A stretch of DNA of 46,405 nucleotides from Candidatus Moraniibacteriota bacterium (GCA_014729445.1 WJJX01000108.1:1-46405), one strand, 5' to 3'. Shown: positions 1-9,271, numbered from the stretch's first letter. The notes: a model not told the origin generated them from the letters alone. Numbers and translations: made by a program.

Positions 1-24
1 TGAGAACGAATGGATATAAAAATC

Positions 25-528
25 CTACTCAGTCGCCGCGCAACCTTTAGGCACTTTATTGGTGTTAGTCATCTGCGCACAATCACTAATAGCCCCTGCC
101 TCATAACAACCACACAAATTCTCATTACAAGCATAACCAACAGTCTTACCATCGGCCTCCTCAAATCCCAGTGCCATAATACAAGGATTGCTCGTATCTG
201 GATTAATAATTTCTATCTTACAATCCGAACATCCGGATATGCCATTCCAAGTAGTCTGAACATTAGTACCACAACCATAACTTCCAATTGGAAGATCTCC
301 TATACCAACCGCTGTACCGCTAGAATCCTCAAGTTTCGGACAATTCTCAGTTCCAGCTAATATCATAGCATCTCTTAAATCACTTGTCTGGGTTATTAAC
401 GTCGTTGCCCTGGTCTTTTTAAGCCCCCTATTCACCGCGAAAAGCACCATTCCGGCTAGAAGGCCGATGATCGCGACCACAATCATCATTTCAATCAAGG
501 TAAAACCTTTTTCTTTTTTTAATTTCAT
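25..528 (-). CDS. Type IV pilin (prepilin, class III signal peptide) with cysteine-rich C-terminal domain
   Basis: 167 aa ORF. The N-terminus MKLKKEKG/FTLIEMMIVVAIIGLLA carries a prepilin-peptidase site (Gly-1, Phe+1, Glu+5) followed by a hydrophobic helix. It lies directly downstream of pilB/pilT/pilC on the same strand. Confidence 0.88.
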   Translation of the reverse strand: MKLKKEKGFTLIEMMIVVAIIGLLAGMVLFAVNRGLKKTRATTLITQTSDLRDAMILAGTENCPKLEDSSGTAVGIGDLPIGSYGCGTNVQTTWNGISGCSDCKIEIINPDTSNPCIMALGFEEADGKTVGYACNENLCGCYEAGAISDCAQMTNTNKVPKGCAATE

Positions 529-633
529 TTTTGTTTAAATTACTGATTAATTAATTTATTTTCCAGTAAGCCCCCGTAACGCCCGCTACGCCAACAAAAC
601 GTGGCGAGGAGGGTCTGGGAGTTTCTTGCTAAC

Positions 634-661
634 ATTATACCCTTTCTCCCAATATTAGCAA
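634..661 (-). promoter_or_regulatory. Putative sigma70-type promoter for the pilin gene
   Basis: The minus strand reads TTGCTA (656-661), a 16 nt spacer, then TATAAT (634-639). It sits just after the pilC stop, about 100 nt upstream of the pilin ATG. Confidence 0.4.
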
Positions 662-668
662 ACTCAAC

Positions 669-1880
669 CTAAATCGAAGAAGCCATATCGTAAATCGGCA
701 TAATCACCGCCGCAACCAGGATAGCGGTTCCGCCTCCCAAAAGCACAATCAAAATAGGCTCGATAATCGCGGTCATATTTTCGGTCATATTATTCAACTC
801 CCGGTCGTAGAATTTTTCGATATTTTTTAAAATTTGAGGAATTCTTCCGGTATCCTCCCCGATTTTAATCATCTGCGGCACCATCACCGGAAAAGTCAAT
901 TCGTCAACGAACATCGGCTCGGTCATACTGTTTCCCTTTTTAACGCTCGACATTATCCTAACCATCAAATCCCTGTAATATTCATTTTCCATAATTTGAG
1001 CCATTATCGACAAAGATTTCACAATCGTAACTCCCTGACTCAATAAAACTCCCAGATTTTCGGAAAATCGAACAATGTAAGCATAGCGAACCATTTTCCC
1101 GATAATCGGAATCTTGATTATCAAAAAATCATAATATCTTTTCCCGGTTTCGGTCCTAAAGTAAACAATCAAGGCAAAAACCATCGCAAAGGAGACAATC
1201 AAAACCAAAAGCCAATTGGCGCTCATAAAATCGGAAACCGCAATAATCACCTGGGTCGTCCAGGGCAAGGTTACCCCCGATTCTTTAATAATTCCGGTCA
1301 AATCCGGCAGAACCTTGACGCTTAAAAAAAAGAAAACTCCGGCAAAAGCCAATAAAACCACAAAGGGATAAGTCATGGCGCCTTGAATTTTCCTTTTAAG
1401 CTCGTAGCTGCTTTCCACGTGATCGGCCAAATAACTCAAAGAATTAACCAGATCCCCTGAAGCCTCACCGCTTCTTACCACGCTTATGAAAAAATTGTCA
1501 AAATACTTGGAGTTTTTTTCCAAAGCGTCGCTTAAAGCGTCTCCGTCTTCCACATTCCGAGCCATATTTCTACAAATGGTCCTTAAAGTCGCATTCTCTG
1601 TCTGCTCGGAAATGGTTTTTAAAGCTCTGATAATCGGTACCCGGGATTCAATAAGCACCGCCAGCTGCCTGGAAAAAATCACCAAATCTTTGGCTCTGAC
1701 CATACCGAACAGGGCATTCAATCTCTCCATTAAAGCACCGCCGCCTGTATCCTCTTCCAGCGAAAAAGGCTGTAGGCCTTTAGACTTTAAAGCCTCAAAA
1801 GCTTTTTCCTGAGTGGTCGCGGTCACCGTTCCGGTTTGAACTCCGCCGTCTTGTTTTTTAGCCTTGTATTTGAATTTCAT
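669..1880 (-). CDS. pilC: Type IV pilus platform protein PilC (GspF/T2SS-F family)
   Basis: 403 aa polytopic protein with two repeated T2SS-F-like halves (ALSDALEK..., TGRIPQILKNIEKFYD...). It sits in a pilB-pilT-pilC-pilin context. Confidence 0.9.
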   Translation of the reverse strand: MKFKYKAKKQDGGVQTGTVTATTQEKAFEALKSKGLQPFSLEEDTGGGALMERLNALFGMVRAKDLVIFSRQLAVLIESRVPIIRALKTISEQTENATLRTICRNMARNVEDGDALSDALEKNSKYFDNFFISVVRSGEASGDLVNSLSYLADHVESSYELKRKIQGAMTYPFVVLLAFAGVFFFLSVKVLPDLTGIIKESGVTLPWTTQVIIAVSDFMSANWLLVLIVSFAMVFALIVYFRTETGKRYYDFLIIKIPIIGKMVRYAYIVRFSENLGVLLSQGVTIVKSLSIMAQIMENEYYRDLMVRIMSSVKKGNSMTEPMFVDELTFPVMVPQMIKIGEDTGRIPQILKNIEKFYDRELNNMTENMTAIIEPILIVLLGGGTAILVAAVIMPIYDMASSI

Positions 1881-1922
1881 ATTCCTTGATTCAAATTAAA
1901 TTTCTTAGATTAAAATCAAAAA

Positions 1923-2999
1923 TCACTTGATCAACATATGGAGCATGTCTCTATCAGTAGCATATTTTTCCGCATCCTCCAAGGTGACTTTACCTTCCTT
2001 GACCAATCGCGCCAGAGAGCGGTTAATGGACTGCATTCCCGATTCGATATGCGTTTCAAGCACATTGATTACCTGATGAGTCTGCCCTTCCCGAATCATA
2101 CTTTCCACCGCATCGTTTTTTAATAAAACCTCGACTCCGGCGATTCTTCCACCGCCCACTTTCGGCAAGAGCCTTTGGGAAACTATTCCCGAAAGGACGC
2201 TGGCCAGCTGGGATCTGATCTGATTCTGCTGATTGCCGGGAAAAACATCGATAATTCTGTCGATTGTCTGCCCGGCGTCGTTGGTATGCAAAGTCGAAAA
2301 AATCAAGTGCCCGGTTTCGGCCGCCGTAATTGCGGTGGCGATCGTTTCGGCGTCTCTCATCTCACCCACCAAAATAACATCCACGTCCTCACGAAAAGCC
2401 GCTCTAAGCCCAGTTCCAAAGGAAATCGCGTCCTGGCCTATCTCCCTTTGATTGATAATACACAAATCCTGACTGTAAACATACTCGATCGGATCCTCGA
2501 TAGTCACAATATGTTCCGCCCGGTTATGATTAATTTCATCAATCAAAGCCGCCATCGAAGTAGATTTTCCATGCCCGGTCGGCCCCACAAACAAAACCAA
2601 ACCTTGAGATAAACGGGTAAATTCATGCAAAATCGGCGGCATATTCAATTCCTCCAAGTTTCTAATATTGGAGTTAATCAAACGAAAAGCGCCGCTCAAA
2701 GTTCCCAGGTGATAATAAACGTTTATCCTGAATCTGGCCTTTTCTCCAAGAGCATAGGAAAAATCGACATTCAGTTCGTTTTTTAAGTGCTCCTTTTGTC
2801 TGTCGTTCATAATCGAGGTAAGAAGATCCTCACAGGTTTTTTTATCCAGAATATTTTCTCCGGCTAAAGCCGCCAGCTGACCGTCCACCCTAAGAACCGG
2901 CGGTTTACCGATACTTATGTGCAAATCCGAAGCCCCCTGCTGAACTACTATCTCCAAAAGGGTCTTCATTTTTTGTTCGGCTTTTATATTTGTCGTCAT
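1923..2999 (-). CDS. pilT: Twitching-motility retraction ATPase PilT
   Basis: 358 aa. It has GASDLHISIGKPPVLRVDGQL, a Walker A GPTGHGKST, a Walker B/Asp box DVILVGEMRD, and a PilT-type MIREGQTHQV motif near the C-terminus. Confidence 0.9.
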   Translation of the reverse strand: MTTNIKAEQKMKTLLEIVVQQGASDLHISIGKPPVLRVDGQLAALAGENILDKKTCEDLLTSIMNDRQKEHLKNELNVDFSYALGEKARFRINVYYHLGTLSGAFRLINSNIRNLEELNMPPILHEFTRLSQGLVLFVGPTGHGKSTSMAALIDEINHNRAEHIVTIEDPIEYVYSQDLCIINQREIGQDAISFGTGLRAAFREDVDVILVGEMRDAETIATAITAAETGHLIFSTLHTNDAGQTIDRIIDVFPGNQQNQIRSQLASVLSGIVSQRLLPKVGGGRIAGVEVLLKNDAVESMIREGQTHQVINVLETHIESGMQSINRSLARLVKEGKVTLEDAEKYATDRDMLHMLIK

Positions 3000-3008
3000 A
3001 AGATAAAT

Positions 3009-3398
3009 TTATTTATTTTCTTGGATAACTTGATCGATTTTTTCAACCACTTCCTGAGGCGTAAATTGAGTCTTAATCAAATAATCGGCCGCCCCCATAT
3101 CCATCGCCTTGCTTATATGCTCTTTCCGGCCCAAATTACTCAAAACAATAACCGGCATCTTCAAATTGGGATTATTCTTAATTTCGGTTAAAACTTGAAA
3201 ACCGTCCTTTTTAGGCATCAACAAATCCAGAACCACCAAGGCATAATGGCCTTTATTAATTTTGCTCATCGCATCCTCGCCGTCAACAGCCAGCTCAACC
3301 TTATATCCGCGACTCTCCAATTCAACCACATAAATATCGGAAATAAAAGGATCGTCCTCGACAATTAAAACTTTCATTTTTGATTTTTTTTCAGTCAT
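3009..3398 (-). CDS. Stand-alone response-regulator receiver domain (CheY/PilH-like)
   Basis: 129 aa. It has the acidic pocket VLIVEDDP, the phospho-acceptor context VVLDLLMPKKDG, VIVLSN, and GAADYLIKTQF (conserved Lys). There is no output domain. Confidence 0.85.
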   Translation of the reverse strand: MTEKKSKMKVLIVEDDPFISDIYVVELESRGYKVELAVDGEDAMSKINKGHYALVVLDLLMPKKDGFQVLTEIKNNPNLKMPVIVLSNLGRKEHISKAMDMGAADYLIKTQFTPQEVVEKIDQVIQENK

Positions 3399-3438
3399 AG
3401 ATTTTATTTAATAATTTTTTAACATAAATTTAAATCCC

Positions 3439-5253
3439 CTAGCTTACAGGCAGATTAACCGGCGCTTCCGCGGAAGCTTTCTGGCTTTCCAGCTCGGCTT
3501 GAGCAAGCTGATCTTGTTTCTCTTTTTTCTTTTCCTGCAAAGTTACAACATTTTCATTCAGTTCCTCCTGATTGTCTTCAGCCGTCGCCTCTTCAATCGC
3601 CTCAATAGTGGTGTGTCCGTTCAAGGCTTTCAATATGCCATCCTCATGCATAAAAACGGCCCCCTGTCTTCTAAATTCCTCCTTTAAATTACCCGCGCTT
3701 AAATCGTCGTCGATTACCGTTCGCATCTGCGGCCCGCAGAATACCACCTCAAAAATACCTATCCGGCCCTTATAACCTGAATTTCTGCACTTCGCGCAAC
3801 CTTTAGCCTTCCAGACCTTAAAGTCAGTTGGATCAAAGTCAGGAATTCTTTTTTTCAATTCTTTTTCAGAAATTCCCTCCAAAGTCTCTAAAACATAACG
3901 TTTTACTCTATCTGTAGGCTCCACCTTATGTTTACAGCTATCGCAGATTCTTCTAACCAGCCTCTGCCCCACTACCGCTCTTAAACTGGAAGAAACTAGA
4001 AACGGCTCTATACCCATATCAACCAAACGCGGAATGGCTCCTAAAGCGTCATTGGTATGCAAAGTCGAAAGAACCAGATGGCCGGTTAAAGCGGCGTGGG
4101 TAGCCAGCTCGGCCGTTTCCCCGTCTCTGATTTCGCCGACCATTATAATATCGGGGTCCTGCCTCAAAGCCGATCTTAAACCCGAAGCAAAAGTGAAACC
4201 GATCTCCGGCTTCACCTGACAATGGTTAACTCCATCCACTTTATATTCGACCGGATCCTCCAAGGTGAGAATATTCCTCTTGATTTCGTTTAATTTTTTT
4301 AAGGAGGCAAAAATGGTCGTCGATTTTCCGCTGCCGGTGGGGCCGGTAACTAAAATTATACCATACGGCTGATCCAGAGCTTCCTTTAAAACCTCGATAT
4401 TTCTTCCGTACATCCCCAAATTGCTAAGTTGCGTCAAATTTTCATTCTTTTCCAAAAGCCTCATCACCACCTTTTCGCCTTCCGCGGTCGGTAAAGTGGA
4501 GACACGAACGTCGATCTCTCTTCCGTCCTCGGCCTCGGCCTTTAATCTGCCGTCCTGGGGCTTCCTTTTTTCATCGATTCTTAAATTGGACATAATCTTG
4601 ACTCTGGAAACCACTGCCGGAGCAATCCCTTTGGCCATTTTAAAACTTTCGTGCAGGGCTCCATCCACCCTGTATCTTACTCTTAAAACATCCTCCTGAG
4701 GCTCGATATGAATATCACTGGCTCTTCCCTTAATCGCATGATCTAAAATCACATCAACCACTTTAGCCACCGGAGCCGCGCTAACATCCTCCTGCTCCCT
4801 TTTCTTTTTTTTTCTTGCCTCGCGCTCGGCCTTTAACTGTTCTTCGGATTTAATATAATCCTTGACCAAATCCTGAATATCGGCTCCTGAAGCCTCATAA
4901 TTCTCCAGGGCTTTTTTAAAACTTTCCTCGCTTGTCTTAAATATTTCGGTTCTATAATTGGATTTACTGGCCAGAAACCTCATCGCGTTAACCGCATCCA
5001 TATCCCCGGGATTAACCATAGCCACTTTTAATTCACCGTTTTCCAGCCCAAAAGGAATCATTTTATATCTTTCCACCATCTCTTTGGCAAAAAGCTTCAA
5101 AAGCTTCATCGGAATATCTTTTTTGGACAAATCGACCGATTCTATTGAAGAGCTGCCGGGATTGCCAGCAAGAACATCCCCGCCTTTGCCGGCCGGAGTT
5201 ATTTCAACATCGGAAGCGTTTATATCCTGCGTATCTTTTCCTGAAATAGCCAT
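3439..5253 (-). CDS. pilB: Type IV pilus assembly ATPase PilB (GspE family)
   Basis: 604 aa. It has an N-terminal GSPII-like domain (MIPFGLENGELKVAMVNP), a Walker A GPTGSGKSTT, IIMVGEIRD, and a tetra-Cys motif (CDSCK...CAKCRNSGYKGRIGIFEV). Confidence 0.92.
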   Translation of the reverse strand: MAISGKDTQDINASDVEITPAGKGGDVLAGNPGSSSIESVDLSKKDIPMKLLKLFAKEMVERYKMIPFGLENGELKVAMVNPGDMDAVNAMRFLASKSNYRTEIFKTSEESFKKALENYEASGADIQDLVKDYIKSEEQLKAEREARKKKKREQEDVSAAPVAKVVDVILDHAIKGRASDIHIEPQEDVLRVRYRVDGALHESFKMAKGIAPAVVSRVKIMSNLRIDEKRKPQDGRLKAEAEDGREIDVRVSTLPTAEGEKVVMRLLEKNENLTQLSNLGMYGRNIEVLKEALDQPYGIILVTGPTGSGKSTTIFASLKKLNEIKRNILTLEDPVEYKVDGVNHCQVKPEIGFTFASGLRSALRQDPDIIMVGEIRDGETAELATHAALTGHLVLSTLHTNDALGAIPRLVDMGIEPFLVSSSLRAVVGQRLVRRICDSCKHKVEPTDRVKRYVLETLEGISEKELKKRIPDFDPTDFKVWKAKGCAKCRNSGYKGRIGIFEVVFCGPQMRTVIDDDLSAGNLKEEFRRQGAVFMHEDGILKALNGHTTIEAIEEATAEDNQEELNENVVTLQEKKKEKQDQLAQAELESQKASAEAPVNLPVS

Positions 5254-5291
5254 TAGATAAAATTCTATTTAATAATAAACAATCCAAATTC

Positions 5292-5684
5292 TTATCTCAA
5301 AAAAGGATTCTCTTTGCCCTTTTCCTCGGGCGAAACCTGAATCGGAATTTCTTCCTCATCCTGAGATTCCAGACTGCTCAAAAAACCCACAGCGTCTTCA
5401 TCCAGCTTCTCGGGCAACATTAAATTTCCGACTTTTTTGCCGGTCAGTTGTCTTTCCCTGATATTAAGTCCTTCTTTGGTCTCGGTTCTTGTCGTAACCG
5501 AAGGCACGGTTCTGGTAGTCGTTACTTCGCTGGTACCGAACAAAAAACCTTGATCCACGGCATAATAAACCCCTCCGCCGATTAATAACACCAAAAAAAA
5601 CAAGCCCAAAAGCAAAACCCAGGATGAACCCTCCTTTTTATTTTCCTCTTTTTTGGCTAATTTGTCTCCGGATGAAAAATCCAT
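5292..5684 (-). CDS. Hypothetical membrane-anchored protein inside the pilus operon
   Basis: 130 aa with one N-terminal TM (WVLLLGLFFLVLLIGGGVYYAV), a Thr-rich linker and an acidic tail. It is tightly packed between pilO-like and pilB. No recognisable motif. Confidence 0.5.
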   Translation of the reverse strand: MDFSSGDKLAKKEENKKEGSSWVLLLGLFFLVLLIGGGVYYAVDQGFLFGTSEVTTTRTVPSVTTRTETKEGLNIRERQLTGKKVGNLMLPEKLDEDAVGFLSSLESQDEEEIPIQVSPEEKGKENPFLR

Positions 5685-5702
5685 AAGTATTGTTTAATTT
5701 TT

Positions 5703-6371
5703 TTAATTTGAAACGGTGTTTGACGCGCCGGAAGCGGAGGAAGATCCTGTGGCAGTTCCGCCGGCGGTATTTAAAATTCCCTTAACCGCACTTGGCTCGA
5801 TTACATCTTTTTTATAAAATTCAAACTCCAGTTCGGCCGACATGAAATTGATAGACGCCTCCCCCTCTCCGGATCTTGACTGAAACTCCAAAGTTAAAAG
5901 GTTAAGATTGGAAACCCTGTCCAATTTCTGCAAATCCTCAAGAAAAGATTTTATAGACTCGTAAGACCCTACCACTTCGGTGGAAAATTGGATTGAATCC
6001 ACCTCGTTTATATCCATTTTTGCATTCTGATTTCTGGAGCCGCCGCTGCTGTCATCATTAATACTCACTCCCTCATAAATCAACTGGTGTTTGTCAAAGA
6101 GATTTTCCAACTTTATTAAAACCTCCTCGATCTTTGCATCGGCCGGCAGAGCCACAAACAAACTCTGCAGTCTGGATTCTTCTTCGGAATAAGTCTGTTT
6201 TAAAACCTCAAGTATTCTATCTATCTCGTTCTCTTCCTGAAGTTGTTTTTCCGCCTGTTCAATTTTGGTGTTCTTTATCTCTTTGGCGCTGTTATAATTA
6301 GGCACGGCCTGAAAAGCGATCATCACAATAGCCATAATCAACGCCAAAGGAAAAATAAGAGCTTGTATCAT
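5703..6371 (-). CDS. pilO: PilO-like pilus assembly protein
   Basis: 222 aa with an N-terminal TM and a coiled coil. The C-terminal segment VVGSYESIKSFLEDLQKLDRVSNLNLLTL matches the PilO-type G-x-Y...FL..L..L.R pattern. It lies next to the pilN-like gene. Confidence 0.62.
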   Translation of the reverse strand: MIQALIFPLALIMAIVMIAFQAVPNYNSAKEIKNTKIEQAEKQLQEENEIDRILEVLKQTYSEEESRLQSLFVALPADAKIEEVLIKLENLFDKHQLIYEGVSINDDSSGGSRNQNAKMDINEVDSIQFSTEVVGSYESIKSFLEDLQKLDRVSNLNLLTLEFQSRSGEGEASINFMSAELEFEFYKKDVIEPSAVKGILNTAGGTATGSSSASGASNTVSN

Positions 6372-6408
6372 AATTATAAATAATTTTTATTTTTATTCTT
6401 AATTATTG

Positions 6409-7086
6409 TTATCGTATTCGATCATTTAAATTCTCTATCGGCGCCTCGTTGTCGACTTTAACTTCGCCCTGCAGCTCAGGTCTGTAAGCGGCCCGACTTA
6501 AACCGTCTTTATTTAAAATAAGCTCCACTTCAAAAGTTATTCCGATCTCCTCAAGACTGAGTTCGTTAATTATAACATCTTCTATCATGGGCGATTCAAA
6601 AAAAGAATATAACTGTTTGGAGGCTTCATTTAAGGTGGGCACAACCACTTCAATATTAACACTGTCCGGCTGCTGATTTGAGGCGGTATTGTCTTCTCTT
6701 GAAAACTGAGCTGATCCACTAAACGACTGCAAATAAGCTTCTTTAAGCATCCTGTCTTCCAATTCGGCCAAAAAACCAGTCCAATATTTCTGTTTATAGG
6801 CCATATCCCCTATAAAATTTAAACGAGTCGTAATATCGACAACGTTTGCCACTTGTTCCAAATTTTCACCGCTATATCTAGCTTCCTTCAATTTTTCTAT
6901 CTTTCCTTGAGTCCTGTTAAGTTCAGCCTCCACAGTTTTTTTATAAAAATAAGCACCGATCCAGGCTCCCAAACCAATCAAAAACATTAAGACCCCGAAA
7001 ATCATATTTTTCATCAACTGCTTCTGTCTTTTTTTTTCCCTATAGGCAGTGGTTTGTTTTGCAAAATTTATACCTTTTGCAGCCAT
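6409..7086 (-). CDS. pilN: PilN-like pilus assembly protein
   Basis: 225 aa. A short cytoplasmic tail (KGINFAK, reminiscent of the PilM-binding INLLP peptide) is followed by a single TM (IFGVLMFLIGLGAWIGAYFY) and a coiled coil. It is the first gene after a strong promoter. Confidence 0.58.
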   Translation of the reverse strand: MAAKGINFAKQTTAYREKKRQKQLMKNMIFGVLMFLIGLGAWIGAYFYKKTVEAELNRTQGKIEKLKEARYSGENLEQVANVVDITTRLNFIGDMAYKQKYWTGFLAELEDRMLKEAYLQSFSGSAQFSREDNTASNQQPDSVNIEVVVPTLNEASKQLYSFFESPMIEDVIINELSLEEIGITFEVELILNKDGLSRAAYRPELQGEVKVDNEAPIENLNDRIR

Positions 7087-7149
7087 ATTTTTTTAATTTA
7101 TTTTTTTTATTTTTTATTGTCTTTTGAAAAATTATTTTATTTCAATTCT

Positions 7150-7178
7150 ATTATACAAAGGCTTTCTACCTTTTGCAA
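7150..7178 (-). promoter_or_regulatory. Near-consensus sigma70-type promoter for the pilN-pilO-pilB... operon
   Basis: The minus strand reads TTGCAA (7173-7178), a 17 nt spacer, then TATAAT (7150-7155), about 65 nt upstream of the pilN-like ATG. Confidence 0.5.
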
Positions 7179-7195
7179 CAATTGTAACGGGCCAA

Positions 7196-7741
7196 TCAAA
7201 ATCTAATCCTCTCAAATTCACCCTTGTTGTGGGAAAAAAGCAGATTTATTCCTTTAAAAAAATAATAAAACAGGGGACAAAATAACAAACAGTTAATAAA
7301 AATCGCCTCAACAGCATTCACCAACATATAACCAAAATTTTCCTTCAAAACCACGCCGAATAAACCTTCTCGAGTGACCATCAGGAGTTTTGAAAAATAA
7401 AAAATAAACTCATACAAAAAAAGATACACGGCGCCAATAACCAAAAAATGGAAAAAATTGTATTGATTAAGGCGGTCCCTGAAAAAATAATTCAATAAAA
7501 ACGGCAGTGAAAAATAAAAAAGTATAACTGCCTCGTAAAAATAAACATTAAAAAAATAAGTCAATAAACCGAAAACACCTGCCCAAAAATAATAATGATT
7601 CAATTTGAAAAACAAAACAGAGGCCACAAAACCCAAAACAATAAGGTTGACTCCGTAATCGGTTAAACCGTAGACCGGCAGCACTACAAATTGGAGCAAA
7701 AAAATATAGAATATATACAATACATAGAATATAACTTTCAT
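7196..7741 (-). CDS. Polytopic Phe/Tyr-rich membrane protein, translationally coupled to the GT2 synthase
   Basis: 181 aa with about 5 hydrophobic segments. Its ATG overlaps the GT2 stop in an ATGA junction (7738-7741). No catalytic motif recognised. Confidence 0.55.
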   Translation of the reverse strand: MKVIFYVLYIFYIFLLQFVVLPVYGLTDYGVNLIVLGFVASVLFFKLNHYYFWAGVFGLLTYFFNVYFYEAVILFYFSLPFLLNYFFRDRLNQYNFFHFLVIGAVYLFLYEFIFYFSKLLMVTREGLFGVVLKENFGYMLVNAVEAIFINCLLFCPLFYYFFKGINLLFSHNKGEFERIRF

Positions 7742-9264
7742 TTGGATTTCCTTAATTTTTCGCTAACCCAAAAACTGCTGAAATATCTGCCCAGCATCAA
7801 TCTAGTCTGGGAGTCGATCGCCGGAAAACCCATTATCGGAGCGATGAAAGGCACCAAAAGCCATTGAAAAAGCATGCCTAAATACCTGATTTTTTTATAA
7901 CCGGAAGGCTTTTTAGGCACAAGATAAAAACTCAAAACCATTGCCACCAAAATTCCGCTCATCCCAAAGGTCAAAAGAGCCTCGGTTAAAAGAGGCAGAC
8001 TATGAGACACGACGGTTTCGTTGAATTCATTTCCTCCAATAATTAAAGGCAGCCAACCCAAAAACAAAATTATTAAAGAGGAAGTCGCCCAGGAATAATG
8101 ACCTTCAATCATTAACATCATATGCCTGAACTTCTCAAAAAAAGAAATCTTCGTTCCCCTGAAAAAAGCCACTCCGATCCTGGGAAAGCTTTCAATTCCA
8201 TAAGCCCACCTTCTTTTTTGTTTATACTGATTTACCAAAGTCTTCCAAAAAGAACCGGCCAAAGTAGCGTCCATAGAAACGGAAATAAGAAGAGGCCTGA
8301 CCGTATAATTTCCATCATAATAAATATAGCACTGCCAAAAAATGGCCGAATCGTCGCTAATCACATCGCTCTGCCAAAAACCGACCTCCTTTAAAGCCTT
8401 TAAACTCATAGAATGCGACGAAAAAGTAACCAGCCTTTCCGGTCTCGCGCTTTCGGTTAAATGCCAAAAAGAAGCGCCTAAAGCGACGATTCTAACAATA
8501 GCAATCGTATCCCAGATATTGTTGTTATAAGTAGGCAGAGGCTGATAGCTCTGACGATATCTCTCTTTTTCGCCTATAAAATGATAACTTGTTTTGGCCA
8601 AATATTGCTTATGAATACAGGTATCGCAGTCAAAGTTGGAGACTATCACCTTATCTATAGGAATCTTTGCCGTTTTCAAATATTCAATCCCTTTCTTGGC
8701 GGCCCAATTCGCATTATTGGTCTTGACCTTCATCTCACCGGGCAAAACCGGATGAACATTAGTCAGAAACTTTTTGAAAAGCCCGCCGTATTTCTTCTTA
8801 AGAACTTTTTGTCGGGTATAAGCCTCTTTACCGGCTCTTTGCTCGCCGCTCATCGAAATAATAATCTTATCTTTAGGATAATTGGAATCGACTATCGACT
8901 TAATCGCTGGCTCCAGAATTTCCAATCCTTCTCTATAGTAAGGGATAACAATCAGATGATAGACATTTTCCATACTCAATCCGTCACAAACACCCAATTT
9001 TTGAGCCTTCTTCAACCAATCAATTTTTTCGTTTTTACGCATTTGACGATAAGCTACTAAAGAATGGCCGGTTACAATAAAAACCCGCGTCAACCAGAAA
9101 ACGTCATAAATAATAATAAAAACCACCGCCATAATCGGCGCCAAAAAAGAAAGAATAATCGAACCCAGAATAGTCGCCCAAGTCAACAATCCGGGCAGCA
9201 TTTCCAACCGTCTGTACAATTTATAATCTTTATCGCCTTTTTTTGGTCTGTCAGGATATTTCAT
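7738..9264 (-). CDS. Membrane-embedded processive family-2 glycosyltransferase (cellulose/chitin/PNAG-synthase-like)
   Basis: 508 aa with N- and C-terminal TM bundles flanking a GT-A domain. Motifs are NFDCDT (DxD), VISDDSAIF (catalytic-base region) and QYKQKRRWAYG (the QxxRW motif of processive beta-glycan synthases). Confidence 0.8.
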   Translation of the reverse strand: MKYPDRPKKGDKDYKLYRRLEMLPGLLTWATILGSIILSFLAPIMAVVFIIIYDVFWLTRVFIVTGHSLVAYRQMRKNEKIDWLKKAQKLGVCDGLSMENVYHLIVIPYYREGLEILEPAIKSIVDSNYPKDKIIISMSGEQRAGKEAYTRQKVLKKKYGGLFKKFLTNVHPVLPGEMKVKTNNANWAAKKGIEYLKTAKIPIDKVIVSNFDCDTCIHKQYLAKTSYHFIGEKERYRQSYQPLPTYNNNIWDTIAIVRIVALGASFWHLTESARPERLVTFSSHSMSLKALKEVGFWQSDVISDDSAIFWQCYIYYDGNYTVRPLLISVSMDATLAGSFWKTLVNQYKQKRRWAYGIESFPRIGVAFFRGTKISFFEKFRHMMLMIEGHYSWATSSLIILFLGWLPLIIGGNEFNETVVSHSLPLLTEALLTFGMSGILVAMVLSFYLVPKKPSGYKKIRYLGMLFQWLLVPFIAPIMGFPAIDSQTRLMLGRYFSSFWVSEKLRKSK

Positions 9265-9271
9265 AAAAGAT

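Noticed and set aside
10-360. 116 aa plus-strand ORF antisense to the pilin gene. Similar long antisense ORFs occur inside pilT (2175-2612), GT2 (8581-9060), rpoB (16727-17131), uvrA (17925-18335), the sugar dehydrogenase (22522-22950), rplA (34425-34844) and malic enzyme (40621-41001).
   Set aside because: Each lies entirely within a well-supported conserved gene on the opposite strand. Their translations are low-complexity with no motifs. These are typical shadow ORFs.
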